In this document: piece after piece, positions 39,201 through 49,554 of the stretch
Position numbering within the stretch: the first letter of the stretch is position 1
How the letters are laid out: each line of letters opens with the position of its first letter
Assembly (NCBI GenBank): GCA_040219255.1
Contig: JAVJSW010000065.1
Coordinates: forward strand, 32,001 to 96,000
Direction: 5' to 3'
From: Sumerlaeia bacterium
GTDB taxonomy: Bacteria; Sumerlaeota; Sumerlaeia; SLMS01; JAHLLQ01
Length of the DNA stretch: 64,000 nt
Notes under the pieces: model-generated
What the model saw: only the letters and a program-made list of their open reading frames with translations
The model's database searches: none
Told to the model about the DNA's origin: nothing
Made by a program: the position numbers and the translations under genes

Positions 39201-42200
39201 GCGCCGCCCGCGGGCATGGACTGGGGCAGCGACACGCGAAGCGGAACGCCCCCGTCGATGCGCAGTTCGACCACGGCGCCGGTGGCGGAGGCGCCGCCGA
39301 GGTTGCGGACCACCGCACGAACTTCGAAGGACTCTCCGGCCAAAATCGGGCTGGGGAGGGAAATCGCCTGAGGCACCAGAACGAGATCGGGAAGATCGAC
39401 GGCGAATGAGGGGCGCAACGTGACCGCCGCGCGGCCGGCGTTGTTGGCAAAGCTGCGCTCGGGCTGGGAACCGGTTTCAGCCTGGGCGCTGAGAAGATAA
39501 GTCCCTGGCGAACCGAAGAGCGGATCCTCGGCGGGCAGGCTGAAAACCACGTAGCCGGAGCCGCCCGGATTGAGCGTGTGGATAACCGAGAGCGGCTGAT
39601 CCAGAAGAATCGCCGCATCCGGGTTTGCCGCCACGTCGCCTCGATAGAGGCGCAATGTGACCGTGTCGGCAGGAAACGCTGTTGAGCCGAGGTTCTGCAC
39701 CCTGACGCGCACGGCCCAAGGCTCACCGAACAGAGGAGGTGCGAGGAGAAACTGGCCAGAAGCATTCAGGCGGCCGAAGGCGAGGTCGTTATTGGTGACC
39801 ACGGCGTCGGGCAGAGCGCTCAGAGTCAGAATCGCCGTGTTGTTCGACTCGTCGAATTCCGAAACCTGGCGGGACCCATCGGCGTAGAAGTGGATGACTT
39901 GGCCGGTGGCTACGACGGGCACTTGGAGTGTGGCTTCATCGCCGGGGGCCAGGTTTAGGGCGGCCGGGCTGGTGCCGTAGCGGCTCGCCGCCAGTTCCGA
40001 GTCCGTGGCGCCCTCTGGCGCGATGCCGTGGGCCGAAACCACAAACTGGGGCGCGGGGGTTGTGCCTTCATTGCGCACCACGACTGGATAGACGGTGGCG
40101 CCGGTGGAGGAATTCTCGGTGGCGGTACCCACGGAGACGATGGACAATTCGGGGCGGAGCAAACGCAGCGCGAGAGCGGTGTCGAAGGCCGAGTCGTTCC
40201 AGGACCGATTTTCGAGTTGCTCGCCACGAAGCCAGCGGACGCCGTTACCAAGGCCTTCGAAATCGATGCGGCCGGCTTCCCAAAGCGCGGCCAGCGCCAG
40301 TGCGGTATCGGCCACCGAAGTGGTCAGCGGATAGGTGCTGTCCTGGCTGGCGGAATCGCCATAGGCACGCTCGTTGGGTTCGATGGTCTTGTGGACATTC
40401 AGGTAATCGGCGGCTTCGTCGAAGAGCGCGGTGAATTCGGGGAAGGACCCGATGCGGTCTTCCGCCAGAGCCATGGTGCGGACGATTTCCGAGGTGGTCC
40501 AGACGATGCGGCTGGCGTTGGCCGTGTCGGTGGGGCTCAGGCCCCAACCGGCGTAATCGGGGCCGGTCTGGTCGGACCACGCGCGTGAGCCAAAGTAATC
40601 GAGCAGGGTGGCGTTCGAGCCGCCCTCGAGGATTTCGTCGAGAACGCGGTCGTCCTCCAGCAAGCCGATCCGCATCGCCAGGGCGCTCGCCAGGAAGCTG
40701 GAACCGGCGGCGTCATAGGGCGCGTAACCGCCATCGAGGCCTCGGCGTAGCGAGGCGAGGGCAAAGCTTCGAGCCACAGCGGTGGCGTCCTCCACCGGAA
40801 TCCAAGTCCGCGAGGCCGAGGAGTAGGTAGTCACCGAGATGTCGCGCCGGCCGCCGAGCAGCAGAGCCTCGGCGACGGTCATGCGAAGCGCCGGATCGGT
40901 GAGACGGCCCTCAATCAGGTCGGTGTAGAGGCGCGAAAGAGCGGCCTCCAGGGCTTGACCAACGGTGGTGCGGACGCCGCGGGATTGCAGGGCGAGGTTG
41001 GACACACCGGACTCGTAGGTCAGATCGTAGTCGAGCAGCGTGACGACCACGGCGGCCGTTTCCTGAGCGCGGGCTCCAGGAACTTCGCGGCCCGGGTCGG
41101 AGCCCTCGGCGTGTGCCAGAGCGCGGCCGCCGGCTTGGGTCCAGGAACCGTACAGTTCGATGTCGTCGGGATTCTGGTTTTGAACGGACAGCAGCCAGTC
41201 GAGGGCGGTATCGGGCTGGGGGCCGCCGGTGGTGCCGACCTGCTGCCGATAGGGCGAAGGCGCGCTGGTATTGCCGAGGGCGTCGGTGCTGACGACTTCG
41301 ATGATGTGACGACCGGGGCGCCACGCGGTCGAGTCGAAGGAAATGTCGAGTTCAATGGACTCGGAATTGTAATCGGTCTGGACAGCCGTCGCGAGGAGAG
41401 TACCGCCGAAGTTCACTTCGTAGGTGGCCGGCAGGCTGTGCTCGCGCAGGGGACCGGCGACGGGAATGCGGAGGAACACATCGTAAACGCCATCGAGGGT
41501 TCCGCTCGTGACAACGGAACCGTCGGCGAGGCTGAGGAATTCGACCTGGATCACACGCGGCGCGCGGCCATCGACGGTGAGGTCGACACTTCCCGCCACG
41601 CCAACGTCCTGGATACGGTCGCGGACGGTCAGCGGGGCCTCGATTTCGTCGCTCGTCGCCAAGGCGCGGAAGGTGCCGTTGGCATTCACTGACCCATTGG
41701 CCCCCGCGAGCCAGATCGGATCGAGGACGACGGGATTGCCGGCGGGGTCGAATCCAGCGGCGGAGAAGCGTTGGAATCCGGCGCTGGGAAGAACCACCGG
41801 GCCAGCCGGATCGACATTGATGCGGGCCAGCGGGCCGGGCGTATCGACATGAACGGTCAGGGCAGTGCTAAGGCGGCCACGTGCCGAATGGCGGGCTTCG
41901 AAGCGAGCGATGCCGAGCTTCCAGGCCTCGAACTGGAACGCCAGCGGGGTGGACCCGGCGTCGCGCAAAGCGTCCTGCGGGCTGCCGCTCAGGGAGGTGC
42001 TGAGGAAGGGAAGGTCGTCGGCGAGGGAATAGTCGTCTCCGTACTGATCGAAGCCGCGCAGGAAGGCGGGGAATGTCACGCCGCTGGAAAGTTCCTGGAA
42101 ATCGGGAACGAGAGGTGTAGCTTGGAGCGGACCGCTGGTGGCCTCGGCGGCGAAGCGCAGGTTCCAAAGCACCGGCGGTTCCACAAAGACGATGGAGTCG

Positions 42201-45200
42201 TTGACCACGAAGGAGTAGTTGTTGGACGCGTCGAGGAACTGGGCGTAGAGGCTCTTCTCCGGTATGCCGGTCACCGCCAGATAGAGCGGGGAAATGGTGG
42301 GCGACGGGAACGTGTACCAGGTATGGGAAATGCCTGGCTGGACCTCGATATCGTCGCCAAACAAGAAAACTCGATTACCCAGGTTGCCATTGTTCAGGGC
42401 GACCTGGGCGGTGGTTTCCCATTGGTCGCCGAGAACGACTTCGTCGTTCCAATCGAGGAGGGCGCGGTCTTCGCCGTAAAGGGTTCGGATGCGGCTTGCC
42501 GTGAGGGGGGCTGTCACATTGCCCGCGGCGTCGCGCGCGCGCACCGCCCAGCGGGTTGTCTGGCTGCGGTCGAGACCGGCCAGGGTCCATTGGATCTCGT
42601 CAAACTCGCCTCCCCGCTCGAACTCGCGCTCGTCTGGAAGGGGAATAGCATACTGAGGAATTTCCAGGACCAGCTCGGCGCCGGGCTCTCCCGGGGCCGG
42701 AATACCGGTGAGCGAGTTCGATTTCCAGATTTCATAGACCACTTGGGAGAAAGCGGAGACTCCCCCCCCGGCGTCGTAAGCGTAATCGAAAGTCAGGGTG
42801 GCTGTCGCGGAGGAAGCGGGGTCCACCGTTCGCGGCGGAACGATGCTGAACAAACCGGCAAAGGCCGGTGGCGTCGAATCGAGCGTGAGGCGAATCGCAT
42901 TGGACTCAGCGGCGTTGCCAAACCGGTCTTTGCTGAGGGCGACGATTGCGTACTGGCCATCGCCGGGCAACGCTGACAGGGAAAGAACCAGCTCCTCGGG
43001 TGTGTTCGCCCAATCGTTATAGGTCGCGAGCGATGTAGCCGTACCCGTGCGCTGGCCAAGGGAATTGAGCCGCCAGGCACGCACCTCGATATCGACCGAT
43101 GTTTCATCCGTCGCGGGCCCCATTTGGTTCAGCGCGATCACCTCGTTGACCGGTGTCTTGGCTTGGCGGAGGGTGGGCGATGTCGGAGGCCCATCGCCTC
43201 CGAGGTCCAGCAATGCGGGACGCACGCGGGCGTGGGCGGGCGATTCGGAGTAGAGTCCGGCGAGTGGCGAATCGCCCTCAAGGCTAACCAAGACGGGAGC
43301 CTCCGGGGCCGTCCGGTCGGTGCGGAATTGCGTCGTGCTCCAGGGGGAAACGTTGGCCGGGGTCGCGCCGTCGGCGGCGCGCAGGTGCAGATAGAGCTGT
43401 GAATACTGATCGTAACTGAGCGGCAGCGGAATTTGCAGAGAGGTCTGCGTCCCGGGAACGGCGTACTCGGCGAAAGCCGTCGCGCCCGGGTCAACGTTGG
43501 CGGAAACGGCAACGCGGTAGTTCGCGACGCCGGTGCTGATCGCGACCTTCTCGACGCGGTGGAGCGAAATGTTGTCGTAGAAGACCTGGCCTTCATTTGA
43601 GTCGCGAATCTTTTCTAAGCCAACGCTGATGTAAAGCTCTTCAAATTGCGTAGCTGGCAACGTGAACCCGAGAGTATGCTCGGTCATGCTCCGGTCGGTG
43701 GCCACCGCTGGATACTGAATCGCGAGGACCGGTCCGTCCTCTGACCCGGTGGTCACCTTGACGAAGGGAATGCCGTCGCTGCGAGGGTCCTGCGCCACGG
43801 AGTATCGGATCATGTAGTGGTCCGATACCTCCAGTTCCCGCGCGTCGAAGTAAGTGACGGCGGCCACTTGTGCTTCCCGCTCCAGAAATAGGCGCAACCA
43901 ATGGCGTTCCGAGCCAATCGGCACGTTGGGCGAACGGACGGACTCGATGATGGCGCTCCCAAAGCCTCCCCCACCACGGTAGTAGAAGCGGCCAAGGCTC
44001 GAACCGGGTCCGTTTTCCTCGAAACGGCCGCGATTCCCCAGCAAATCGTCGGAGGGAAGACCATGATCGTCGGAGGCGATCAACGCGTAATAAATATTGT
44101 CCGCTGGGATGGCGGGGTCGCTGGCGGCAAGCCAAGAAACATTCATATCGAGAGTGGTTGCGAATCCACTCGTAAGTGGTCCAATACTGGAGAAAATGGG
44201 TTGGGTCGGCAGGCCGGAATCGGAAACATCACTATCAAGATAGCAGCCCGCAGAGGCGGCGGATGGATTGGCTCCGTTCTCACACGAAACGCCATCGATT
44301 ACGCTGACTGCGTCATCGGCTAAAACAAACTCGCTTTCCCCTTCATTCGCGCGATAAACCGTGATCGCTTCCAGGTTGCCATCGAAGACTCTTCCAGTCC
44401 AATCGAGAATGACGTTCAGAGGCGCGAACGATCCAAGGGAGGAGGCTTGAGAGGCCAGAAAGCTGGAAATCCGAGGGGCAAGGTTCAGGTTAATCGGACG
44501 GCTTCGATAGGGGAGAAAGTTACTGAGAAGGCGAGAGGAAGATGACGTGGTTGATCGGGCAAAACGCCAGTTGATTGTCTTCGTTCCTTCCCCCCCGCTC
44601 AAATACGCATAGAAATCCAGCCCCCGCCCGCGAAGACCGGCAAGGGAGATATTGCCCGACAAATCCGTGTCCGCATTCAGCCGGTCCGCGGGGTCCGACT
44701 GGAAGCGGGCCCATCGATGGTCAAGCGTATCGTGTCCATCGTTCTCGATGATCAATCCATCGTTGTATCGAAGGAAGTTCAAGGTGGCGATGGGATAAAG
44801 AAGTATCTGCGAAACACTACCACCCGCTTTCCCTTTCCAATGGGGAAGCGGGTTCATACGAGTCAGTTGATTCGCACGCCACACACCAGCGGATTGTTCG
44901 TTATAGAGCTGAAGGGATTCCTGTGGAGTTGCTGGAGAATTCGGATCATAGAAGCGCATGCGGAAAAGCCGATTGAGGGCTCCTCCCGTACGACCATTCG
45001 ATTCATCGGAATAGACGACGCCGAGGCGCCTTCCGTCATCCCAATGAAATGCTTGACCCAAACCCGAATTGTAGATAGGAGAAGAGAATGAATTGACGGA
45101 GGGTCTTCCCGCGCCGTCCAAACCAATTCGGAAGACATTTTGTCTCAACACGTTGTCAGTGCCGCGCAGCGTGAGCGAAACATAGGAAGGCGTGCGGGCA

Positions 45201-46936
45201 TCGCCTGATTCGTCCAAGAGCGCTGGGAGGAGGAACAAATCGGCGAAGGAGAAATAATCCTGTGTGCTGGCATCCTGATCGACGAATATCGTCGCTTCGC
45301 TCCAGGGTGAAGCAGGTGTTGCCGGATTGAAGCCACGGATTGCGAATTTTGGCCGAGCCTCTGTCGCTTCCGGCAATTGGTACGCGACTAAGAGCCGGTC
45401 TCCGTGCCAGGCCAGGCCTCCCCAGTCACCAAAACTGAAGTTCTGTCCGTTGTAGGTCTTTTCAACCTGTCGCCAGGTGATCGCGCTTCCAACCACAGAG
45501 CCCTCCCACATACGAGATTGGCCATTGGCGAGAGACTCGAAAAAGTAGACTTTTCCGTTGGTGCCGTAGCTGGCTCGAAGCCCGCTGTTGAAAAGGGTGT
45601 AATCCGTATTGTTGCTGAAGTTTTCGGAAATGACAGTGCTAATCTCACTAAATTGACCGTTAGCAGGATTGTATTCGCGATACTTCAACGCCTTTGTTGT
45701 CGCAGTCCCTTGATCGATACGCCACTGTGCCGGCCGTTCTCGCCAAAGCAATGTGATGCGCTCGTCTGAATCGGAAAGCCGCCGTGTTCCAAGACCATAC
45801 GGAATCCAAAGCGTCTCGCTGACCGTATACGGATTGAGGCTTGGCTGTGAGGCGATCAAAATCGCGGGGTCCGGTTCGGAAGCGCCAGCCCGCCACTGGA
45901 CCAAGTACAATTGAATCGTGTTATCGAAAGTACGACGCCGCGCGAACAGCCATAGATCTCCGTCCTTGTCCTGTACGCTTTGGAAGGAAGAAAATGCCAC
46001 TTCGCCATTGTGATCAAACGGCTCGATAATGGGAGAGCTAATTAACTCCGGAGGCATGATATCGTGCGACACGTTCGAGTGGGTAAATGAAGTCCCGGTG
46101 TAGAGAGCGTGGTTTTGAAGTTGCAGGGTAAAGCTTAGGTTTTTGCTGCGCGGTGGAATGACAACGGGATAACCGCCCAGGCTCGACTTTTGAACGTCCG
46201 CGCTGCCGGGCACCAGAGTGTAGGAGGAAAAGAGAATGTCGTCGAAATCCGCCTCACCCTGAACCTGTAGATCGAAGCTTCTGAGACGGATGTTCGTGAT
46301 ACCATAAAAAAACTGACTTGAATTGTCTCTGAGATCTTGAACCAGCTCGCGCTCGATCCATACCCAAGAAGCTCCCGAAGGCGGGTCAAATGTTTGAATC
46401 ACGATGTTCGAACCCGAGGAACCGGTCGATTGATCGGAGCGATAACTGATGTTGAATGTTTGCATAACAGGAACGACAATACCTATATTGTACAAGTACG
46501 TAACGTCCGCTTGTATCGTAAAATTATAATCCGCCGTGTTCGGCTTGAGGTGCATCGAGAAATAGGGAGTGGCCACTTCGGCGCCGTCTTGTTGAACCGG
46601 GACGATCGACCGCGTGGCCTGCAAGTCCCGGGCGCGATAGACATGGCTGCGTCGCGAATTATCCCAAACGGTATCGAAGGTATCGCCTTGATCTTGCCAC
46701 TGTTGCTGCGTTTCCGCATCGTCGAATGCGAGGATGGGTCCGGCCTGCTCGGGAAGCGGCCAGGGCCAGGGAATCCCCGCCTCCATGTGGTAGTCCTGAG
46801 CGAGGGACTGACCGAAACACACCGCGACAACGGCGGTGAGGCAAAGCCGCACCACCCGGGCATGAGTTGGACCGAAGAGTTTCGAGCACGCAAAACCGGA
46901 CATCGCAGACGGATCCTCGATAGGCGGGCAAGTCAT
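27257..46936 (-). CDS. Giant secreted multidomain protein (6559 aa) with FN3/Ig, QW-motif alpha/alpha barrel, CARDB-like repeats, vWA, Pro/Thr linkers, choice-of-anchor-A-like domain and two CBM3-like modules
   Basis: Uninterrupted 19.7 kb ORF. Signal peptide ([20 protein letters not shown]); '[12 protein letters not shown]' and '[18 protein letters not shown]'; more than 10 'DP.N.I.E..E.NN'-type ends; '[12 protein letters not shown]'; DRTPP Ig repeats; '[20 protein letters not shown]'; two 'Y.LR..N......N..AR.(Y/F).D.SE..W...NDP' modules. Confidence 0.88.
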   Translation of the reverse strand: MTCPPIEDPSAMSGFACSKLFGPTHARVVRLCLTAVVAVCFGQSLAQDYHMEAGIPWPWPLPEQAGPILAFDDAETQQQWQDQGDTFDTVWDNSRRSHVYRARDLQATRSIVPVQQDGAEVATPYFSMHLKPNTADYNFTIQADVTYLYNIGIVVPVMQTFNISYRSDQSTGSSGSNIVIQTFDPPSGASWVWIERELVQDLRDNSSQFFYGITNIRLRSFDLQVQGEADFDDILFSSYTLVPGSADVQKSSLGGYPVVIPPRSKNLSFTLQLQNHALYTGTSFTHSNVSHDIMPPELISSPIIEPFDHNGEVAFSSFQSVQDKDGDLWLFARRRTFDNTIQLYLVQWRAGASEPDPAILIASQPSLNPYTVSETLWIPYGLGTRRLSDSDERITLLWRERPAQWRIDQGTATTKALKYREYNPANGQFSEISTVISENFSNNTDYTLFNSGLRASYGTNGKVYFFESLANGQSRMWEGSVVGSAITWRQVEKTYNGQNFSFGDWGGLAWHGDRLLVAYQLPEATEARPKFAIRGFNPATPASPWSEATIFVDQDASTQDYFSFADLFLLPALLDESGDARTPSYVSLTLRGTDNVLRQNVFRIGLDGAGRPSVNSFSSPIYNSGLGQAFHWDDGRRLGVVYSDESNGRTGGALNRLFRMRFYDPNSPATPQESLQLYNEQSAGVWRANQLTRMNPLPHWKGKAGGSVSQILLYPIATLNFLRYNDGLIIENDGHDTLDHRWARFQSDPADRLNADTDLSGNISLAGLRGRGLDFYAYLSGGEGTKTINWRFARSTTSSSSRLLSNFLPYRSRPINLNLAPRISSFLASQASSLGSFAPLNVILDWTGRVFDGNLEAITVYRANEGESEFVLADDAVSVIDGVSCENGANPSAASAGCYLDSDVSDSGLPTQPIFSSIGPLTSGFATTLDMNVSWLAASDPAIPADNIYYALIASDDHGLPSDDLLGNRGRFEENGPGSSLGRFYYRGGGGFGSAIIESVRSPNVPIGSERHWLRLFLEREAQVAAVTYFDARELEVSDHYMIRYSVAQDPRSDGIPFVKVTTGSEDGPVLAIQYPAVATDRSMTEHTLGFTLPATQFEELYISVGLEKIRDSNEGQVFYDNISLHRVEKVAISTGVANYRVAVSANVDPGATAFAEYAVPGTQTSLQIPLPLSYDQYSQLYLHLRAADGATPANVSPWSTTQFRTDRTAPEAPVLVSLEGDSPLAGLYSESPAHARVRPALLDLGGDGPPTSPTLRQAKTPVNEVIALNQMGPATDETSVDIEVRAWRLNSLGQRTGTATSLATYNDWANTPEELVLSLSALPGDGQYAIVALSKDRFGNAAESNAIRLTLDSTPPAFAGLFSIVPPRTVDPASSATATLTFDYAYDAGGGVSAFSQVVYEIWKSNSLTGIPAPGEPGAELVLEIPQYAIPLPDEREFERGGEFDEIQWTLAGLDRSQTTRWAVRARDAAGNVTAPLTASRIRTLYGEDRALLDWNDEVVLGDQWETTAQVALNNGNLGNRVFLFGDDIEVQPGISHTWYTFPSPTISPLYLAVTGIPEKSLYAQFLDASNNYSFVVNDSIVFVEPPVLWNLRFAAEATSGPLQATPLVPDFQELSSGVTFPAFLRGFDQYGDDYSLADDLPFLSTSLSGSPQDALRDAGSTPLAFQFEAWKLGIARFEARHSARGRLSTALTVHVDTPGPLARINVDPAGPVVLPSAGFQRFSAAGFDPAGNPVVLDPIWLAGANGSVNANGTFRALATSDEIEAPLTVRDRIQDVGVAGSVDLTVDGRAPRVIQVEFLSLADGSVVTSGTLDGVYDVFLRIPVAGPLREHSLPATYEVNFGGTLLATAVQTDYNSESIELDISFDSTAWRPGRHIIEVVSTDALGNTSAPSPYRQQVGTTGGPQPDTALDWLLSVQNQNPDDIELYGSWTQAGGRALAHAEGSDPGREVPGARAQETAAVVVTLLDYDLTYESGVSNLALQSRGVRTTVGQALEAALSRLYTDLIEGRLTDPALRMTVAEALLLGGRRDISVTTYSSASRTWIPVEDATAVARSFALASLRRGLDGGYAPYDAAGSSFLASALAMRIGLLEDDRVLDEILEGGSNATLLDYFGSRAWSDQTGPDYAGWGLSPTDTANASRIVWTTSEIVRTMALAEDRIGSFPEFTALFDEAADYLNVHKTIEPNERAYGDSASQDSTYPLTTSVADTALALAALWEAGRIDFEGLGNGVRWLRGEQLENRSWNDSAFDTALALRLLRPELSIVSVGTATENSSTGATVYPVVVRNEGTTPAPQFVVSAHGIAPEGATDSELAASRYGTSPAALNLAPGDEATLQVPVVATGQVIHFYADGSRQVSEFDESNNTAILTLSALPDAVVTNNDLAFGRLNASGQFLLAPPLFGEPWAVRVRVQNLGSTAFPADTVTLRLYRGDVAANPDAAILLDQPLSVIHTLNPGGSGYVVFSLPAEDPLFGSPGTYLLSAQAETGSQPERSFANNAGRAAVTLRPSFAVDLPDLVLVPQAISLPSPILAGESFEVRAVVRNLGGASATGAVVELRIDGGVPLRVSLPQSMPAGGAASAIFRLALPAPGASLRFEVDPDNVIAEGDESNNIASAGAAVLDPSAETTYDLALSPERFELLSEGGGLWTLRIGVENTSGTVTYPGLGDVPFLTLTEDGGGELGVQAVNKRLQPTQVWWAQFEGLALIEGLNVIHVDLAGNADASPFNDSMTLNIEITPFTGETSTNLRMLGLELIPALGTLQGDSAAFPAEAVLTLENQASQPFTNVEVQLVRDESGEILWGDVLESLEARTTLELRIQNVPLPVGVSTLCAVADPLSAIIESDENDNRACSPAVIQDDPSRPAPDLAFETGSVRALQTADFTLVSAIVTNGFAANPPRGVTVPFAFEVREGSATGALLGRVSVSPMAGGAARQVSLVIDPPAPAGANLVLLLDADLAVEESNEENNSSSYRLWRIQPPADVDAYAFLDSASLTWSDPVVSDPVADLPFSEILGYRVVRLSGGEIERIAFIDRSATAGSPYTFEETGLALNQAYEYRVATISRTGLESADISAPFQSGERAAITRVSRGSTTIQNGAFVPVLADGSAGLLAIAATAPGAESVALYKNGQFLRELTRQSDGSWSATGVAAAIGENRFFVRPSATFGGEPVSGPASQIFRAIFSTGVDLGVSPITIRVDQFNGNGWSELESPERAVALSPGTPIRIRTDITNYESVPSGPFNAQVRLYAVNLATNQPFLAGTFSQRLTGGIAGGATFEFKSDNREFFTGVPSDTAFYIPIEGNVNRIEVEVDLQDEVAETIETNNLAERDLADCNAYADIMILFDNSGSMGGGPGSLMDNSKVAIANFVQSLDPLLHRVGLIRYRLDNEAELVTELVNPLEFPYAELAELNAWSDDRLDLAFYLSHQYLTPPPAPSATGAREGVRKIIVIVQDAQTTEETEFRAAAETKKYLKAITGGLEPLILDLHMSYGEGFRSEDRRILESHFTSNIDVEIVDFQNQLSSYPFCVYPYSAFGAQSQVSYTPFPAMYVTRDGLRNDCALNGNGLYYDYTSCPYDSCGYRGVPFHIVGGTQITVPGEIVNYPHTQQVASFRVDRPAEVFLLVDRNADAAKLPWIASEGFQPYPPPGGALTYVPDVRVRYRDLSGNLNFTRNLRTYYKAVGPADTNPVRLFGAGNPGVIPSDRIYDYQYGVVVVGKAPGDPYMLDIDASDPANLEVAFDEFLDVICLIGGPGGAEADLVPSFYDPAAQGSGGDLGFPDGRPAIGETARLVGVVENSGDLPLVNVFARFSRILADDSIQPVSPWIALGDLPGQAVKPVSVLFTNDRISGLEGLVLDVTTSTVEDTANNRAFMPLSQTLPADAPNLRWNPTFTANGFSLVCGSDQRIPIRWGEQDTIEVVTQLVNDGPSDIPSAQVRRDSLPVQEIGLRGLGETPYRFAVPVASLSFADPVLDFRLSADPNNVIAEFRENDNLLDCEQEVQFLFHDAIVVSATPEPDYENGRVLVRATIERSAAANAYAFSRTAVALYEGNVTGQVEAGVANGLIYDEDIVEWQPSDPARQDVVLEYEVDGRNTFTLTVVADPYDALNEHPAVGRFNNSRLVTQSRPPLPNLYVDGFGVNGGSTREQGPDANIIIEWGLDQNFAGQPDGFDTRLRLWQGFPGDPGSVIVDELFKFVYDDRGNYHDFYWPTADKLGPYTFYIELDPSDHLAARSLAGTAGRTPALAQGVAGDFAIAPQLASPGAEPWSITVAVADGPDTLTYTSVAEWSSESGTTIRMPAFAAGAGPVLLLLDSAGELPVFQPGDTIDLELAVVDDPTATTPTLQVLSVQAALPASLGSAAQSAVALWVGADGSTYFANAQHLAGDFNYPAAPQDAARVNLGADRAMNDAAGLLTETNENDNIAVANVTIVEGSTVDIAVTAFEVSPETYFPGDLVPTTVTLRNRFSTHNTGFWLEFRAQTAAAPYFHRIPVSGGWAINEDRTFVLDLPTAGLLGDALGRLPVFAVANISDAYPGNNTVQRAINLASSSTDLFLSAPQPSSLFAGGDVAFQVELFTHDSFFGSIDLVVQNAAGGFVAEVPAPSLAHRQYAQDVPGPVDLTWNTTGLTPGDYRIAGVAIDDATSETRASALSAPFTIIPRIELLVDVEPDRRYYDQGQPVQITAVVTNGSPSEALPAGTLLSLSATDALGTHYEPASVTTLAALLPGESATVNWVLDFLPEQDYIVAAQATNTARALSAADSAPFTVGPADLLPAEELHLLTLAGLPMPNYVNSFEASLAVSSVGEFPLEVGTDEMAVREGSRPLALVNLAPLNYLAKLPLAYSVEMPQPIAVRPRQDYAFGAVLGRDANRATSVTLIQTNVAGREVGERLTLTPQGAFSGVERLEGTLTTHRTTRFLRLVAETVDPRIELQLSDIQVNPGTVPSQTRPAPSPDPYSALWTPYDSALPWMLADDLGDGPRTVHARTRTRFEVVSPEPVIDLLAGDSPATVTLAVNGQLADPAVLFDGNMTTPLAHRDFVLDLEFPDVVTADSLALWSTAQSLIYEVRVEGSLDGRIYFPVSYYFADDAPGIGSWTFDASGTWRFWRVEALGYDGAATELSFRGLARPNADTVIVDRTPPAVALQRLTPSPTNAGEVAFRATTSDNLSGVESRSLQSLLGITPYGPDPASLDLSLPLPEGDQSLIFSATDAAGNTNSATAFVLVDRTPPFLTLDKPEYILTNSTDLGFTGFTSDSLSGVASVERRVLEDGPTWTEVATADGPFAVPVGFYPEGIYSLEVQSTDHAQNTAGPRTITFAIDRTPPLISITHPAAVDYWFNAATAPVALTWTSADDDVATSEGLLARTEFEGGDDPLRTVSSGDYAIEDGVYFLEVNGRDFAGNVAPTTSTLFAIDTVAPVVAITAVDQPSAYDGAVTLSGTADEVTPGSGLMEVFARIDGGAWQWLLTADGADHADWTLPLDLQIGVHTIEIQAFDIAGNPSALASETITVLEVTPTPTPTPTPTPTPTPTPTPTPTPTATETPTPTPTPTDTPTPTPTPTPTDTPTPTPTPTPTSTETPTPTPTETPTPTSTPTPTDTPTPTPTPTPTETPTPTPTPTPTPTDTPTPTPTPTETPTPTPTPTDTPTPTPTETPTPTPTPAPCEWPTGLIGDAAVVALGDVDLRGSTVLNDGFDGWYEGTLLVRGDALIRGTMQAGLVRAGGEIDQRGSTTATNVAYDPAIAALDLPSADFSAFAVDSAADRTLQGTSTLAPGVYRDVTVKKNGRLTLEPGIYAFRKLAFESSASVHIAGATGTAHLFARDGLSTKGASSFNATGIWDDSDRLSIYVGDGALIHFKGAVTASMVLYAPGADLDFDGSGRFDGGALVVRNIEAKNAFWVGANGPNEFEGCTEPTPTPTPTPTETPTPTATSTPTPTATPTPTPTGTPSPCSANPLDIATDFNVLIFGDVVQNGTDVEGRFAIGGNATLSSYSVGDRLPFAGNARDDLIVGGHLTFSNGAVPNGALAYGLSAQIAGNTSFGGDVRQATPFDFAAAEAQMLALSDAWAALPANGQVEINYWGGSTAQIVLTGTDPNTNVFDVPSNDLWSANTLAIDVPAGASAILNVRGAANARMRQFGFDLRNGATRERIVYNFPDATHVSLDGVGIQGALLAPHADMAFDNGVIYGTLVGASLTGYGQSNHHPSSLCNPLPGGGTPTPTATPTPTPTPSATVTPSPTPTDTPTPSPSPTPISASLEMQAALQGWTGSKQETQYKLRLRNTGASPYANVSARLYFDLSEVIAAGLSASHVVTDVFWSQCGSVSLSPPQPWSGDIYYVQVDWNQDIGAGQTCELQLRPRLSGWQQSWNGANDPAFQDLTTSFAPAPNIPVYVEGQLVFGTQPGTTSSNTPHQVPPPPTPELPEDALRVTAKVTGENAQQTSYHLRVHNESAMAAENITARFFIDTSEVTASGIDTSQVTVDIFWSKCGTVLPATLQRYGGGSLAFVDLRWETPIPAGEVCDLKMRLRLADWKANWDGANDPSREGISSQWVDTPDIPLYQDDLLLFGRTP
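28215..28325 (-). repeat. Pro/Thr linker 3 of the giant protein
   Basis: Encodes [36 protein letters not shown]. Confidence 0.85.
29120..29230 (-). repeat. Pro/Thr linker 2 of the giant protein
   Basis: Encodes [37 protein letters not shown]. Confidence 0.85.
29981..30418 (-). repeat. Long Pro/Thr linker 1 (~145 aa) of the giant protein; degenerate 6-nt coding repeat
   Basis: (TP)n interrupted by TET/TDT, with varied synonymous codons. Confidence 0.92.
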
Positions 46937-47237
46937 GCGGAATCCAAAGAATTCTTGGATGCAATGACTTGCGTATAGATCAATGGCGAATTGAGTTGCT
47001 AGCCGCTCCTCGCCGGTGAATCAACGCGAAATCGACCCCGCAGATGAATTTTTACGAGAACTAAATGAAACCCTTTGCTGACAGCACCGGACGGCTACGT
47101 CTCGGGTTCGATTGCGGATCGTGCCGAGGACACAATCCGGGGAAGTGACCGCCGCATCACACTCGCCCCGAAAATGCCCGGCTTCGAATTCACCGTCGAT
47201 TTATGGCGGCGAATGGACGGGCCGAAAATATTCGTGG

Positions 47238-48377
47238 TTACCGCGAAGCGACATCTGGTGCTATGCGCGCCGCGCTCTCTGGTATGGACGGAGGGTTGGC
47301 CAGGCGCCGTTTCAGGTCATCCAGGATTGCCCGCGAGGGAAACAGGAGGTCGCGGTTTGGGGCCGGTTTCAGCGCGGTGTAGATCCGGAGAAACGCGTCG
47401 ATCTTCTCCCCATCGAATTCGCTTAGCACGGCCGTCTCGCCCAATCCCTCCCGGCGCTCGGTTCGCATCCGCAGGAGCAAGCACGGCTTGCCGAGATAGT
47501 GGCATTCTTCCTGATTGCTGCCTCCGTCGGTCGCCAGGAATTCGCTTTTCGACACCAGCTTGATGAAGCTGAAGTAATCGTATCGAGGACGCAGTTCGAT
47601 GTTCGGATTGCGACTTAGCCGCTCCATCAGACCCCGCTTTTCGAGTTGCCGCCGGGTGGGGGGATGAAGGATAAACAAAAGGGGCAGGCGTTCGGCGATA
47701 AGCTCCGCTATTTCAACGATGCGTATCAGCGTCTCAGTGCGAAAGACATTCTCGAAACGATGGGTGGAAAAGACGCAGAAGGGTTCGTTTGGCAGAGCGA
47801 TTTCGATGGCTGACTCCTTCTCCTTAGCAAGACGGAGGGAGTCCAAAAGCGTATTCGCCAGGGTGTCGATCTTTTCGCCGCGAAACTTCCTAAGGTTTTC
47901 GACCGCCCATGATCCAGGACAATAGTAGATGTGAGCCAGGTAAAAAGTCAGAATGCGAACGAATTCTTCCGGAAAGGGGTGGAATAGGTCAAACGACCTG
48001 AGCCCCGATTCGACGTGGGCGACGCGATGGCTATGGAGGCGTCCGAGAAGCGCCCCGAGCAGGCAAGAGAACGTATCGCCGTGGACCAGAACGATCCCCT
48101 TGCGGTCTTCCTGGAAAATCCGCCGGCGCTGGCGCAAGCTTTGAAAGAGGACTTTGACGATCCACAACGCCATCGCCGGGATACTCTTGATGTCCTTCCC
48201 CTCGTGAAGGATCACATCCGGATCGCGAACGTTGAAGTTCTCGCGCAGATCGCGGATGGTTTCATGGTGCTGGCCGGTGAAGATGAAGTTCCAGGGCATG
48301 CCCTCGCGCTCCAGCAGGTCCATCAGGGGGCCCATCTTGATCAATTGGGCTTTCGTGCCGATAACGACGTGAATCAC
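47238..48377 (-). CDS. wecB: UDP-N-acetylglucosamine 2-epimerase family protein
   Basis: Motifs 'VVIGTKAQLIKM', 'TGQH', 'VHGDT', 'HVESGLRS', 'PFPEE', 'HRFEN', 'TDGGSNQEE' and 'TERREG'. Confidence 0.88.
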   Translation of the reverse strand: MIHVVIGTKAQLIKMGPLMDLLEREGMPWNFIFTGQHHETIRDLRENFNVRDPDVILHEGKDIKSIPAMALWIVKVLFQSLRQRRRIFQEDRKGIVLVHGDTFSCLLGALLGRLHSHRVAHVESGLRSFDLFHPFPEEFVRILTFYLAHIYYCPGSWAVENLRKFRGEKIDTLANTLLDSLRLAKEKESAIEIALPNEPFCVFSTHRFENVFRTETLIRIVEIAELIAERLPLLFILHPPTRRQLEKRGLMERLSRNPNIELRPRYDYFSFIKLVSKSEFLATDGGSNQEECHYLGKPCLLLRMRTERREGLGETAVLSEFDGEKIDAFLRIYTALKPAPNRDLLFPSRAILDDLKRRLANPPSIPESAARIAPDVASR

Positions 48378-48561
48378 GGTGCTGGACGCATTCCCTCAGA
48401 ATTGGCGCGGTCTTGCCGCCGGAGCCACCAAACCCTTCACAAGACAGCCCGGGATCACAAGGAGGAAGGGCCGCTCCGCGAGGTTTCCCTTGCCCCATCG
48501 CCACGTCCTGCGGGGGTTTGAGAATAGAGACTTTGGCCCCGGAAGAAATGGAAATCGCGCG

Positions 48562-49554
48562 ATGCATTTGGTCGTCGTCATGCCAGCTTTGAACGAAGCC
48601 GCCACCATCGCTGACGTGGTGCGCGCCGTGCCACGGGACATCGCCAGCATCGACCGTGTTTCGGTGATTGTGGTGGACGATGGATCGACCGACGCGACGG
48701 CCGCTGAGGCTCGATCCGCCGGAGCCAAAGTGGTCAGCCACGGGCGCAACCTGGGCCTGGGGCGCGCCTTTGCCACGGGGGTGGATGCGGCTCTGAAAGC
48801 CGGGGCGGACCTGATGGTGAACATCGACAGCGATGGCCAATTCAACCCTGGAACCATCCCGCGTCTGATCGCGCCCATCCTGGAAGGCAAAGCCGATTTT
48901 GTGAGTTGCAGCCGCTTTGGCGATCCGGCCCTCGTGCCGGTCATGCCCGCGGTCAAGCTCTGGGGGAACCGCCAGATGACGCGGCTGGTGAACCTGATCG
49001 TGCGGCCGCGCAAGAAATTCACCGACGTCAGTTGCGGGTTCCGCGCTTACACGCGGGAGACGCTTCTGCGGCTTAACCTCTACGGCAGCTTCACTTACAC
49101 TCAGGAAACCTTCACCGATCTGGCCTATAAGGGCCTGCGCATGGAGGAGGTTCCGCTGCCGGTGCGCGGCGTGCGTCAGTTCGGCCAATCGCGGGTCGCC
49201 CGCAACCTGTGGAACTACGCGCTCCAGACCAGCACGATTCTCCTGCGCTCGCTGCGCGATTATCGGCCGCTGTTTTTCTTCGGCGTCCTCAGCGCCGCCT
49301 TCATGATTCTCGCCTTGGCCCAGCTAGGCGTCGTCACGATCCATTGGCTCGGCACCGGTAAGACCACTCCGTTCACCTCGCTCATCGTCACCGGCAGCAC
49401 CACCTTCCTCTCCTCAATCCTGCTCCTGGCCGTGGCACTTCTGGCCGACATGCAAGGCCGCTCGCGGCGGATCCAGGAGCAACTCCTCTATCTGGCCAAG
49501 CGCGCGTATTACGATCAGTCTTCCGAGTCCGTCAAGGGTTCGACCAACCAATGA
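48562..49554 (+). CDS. Glycosyltransferase family 2 with two C-terminal TM helices (polyprenyl-phosphate GT-like)
   Basis: Motifs 'VVMPALNE', 'VVDDGSTD', 'NLGLG', 'NIDSDGQF' and 'DVSCGFRAY'. ATG 48562 within ORF 48379..49554. Confidence 0.9.
   Translation: MHLVVVMPALNEAATIADVVRAVPRDIASIDRVSVIVVDDGSTDATAAEARSAGAKVVSHGRNLGLGRAFATGVDAALKAGADLMVNIDSDGQFNPGTIPRLIAPILEGKADFVSCSRFGDPALVPVMPAVKLWGNRQMTRLVNLIVRPRKKFTDVSCGFRAYTRETLLRLNLYGSFTYTQETFTDLAYKGLRMEEVPLPVRGVRQFGQSRVARNLWNYALQTSTILLRSLRDYRPLFFFGVLSAAFMILALAQLGVVTIHWLGTGKTTPFTSLIVTGSTTFLSSILLLAVALLADMQGRSRRIQEQLLYLAKRAYYDQSSESVKGSTNQ

Noticed and set aside
40150-41215. Calling the giant protein a squalene cyclase or alpha-2-macroglobulin
   Set aside because: Only QW-like structural repeats are present. 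No DxDD or CxEQ motif is seen, and the overall architecture differs.
46937-47237. Riboswitch or dif site in the intergenic region upstream of the giant gene
   Set aside because: I could not match a known riboswitch or XerC/D consensus by eye. An Infernal/Rfam and dif-profile scan would be needed.
16384-47237. Mobile-element origin (transposase, integrase or terminal repeats) for the toxin locus
   Set aside because: No recombinase or transposase ORF and no flanking direct repeats were noticed, and most of the locus has host-like codon usage.
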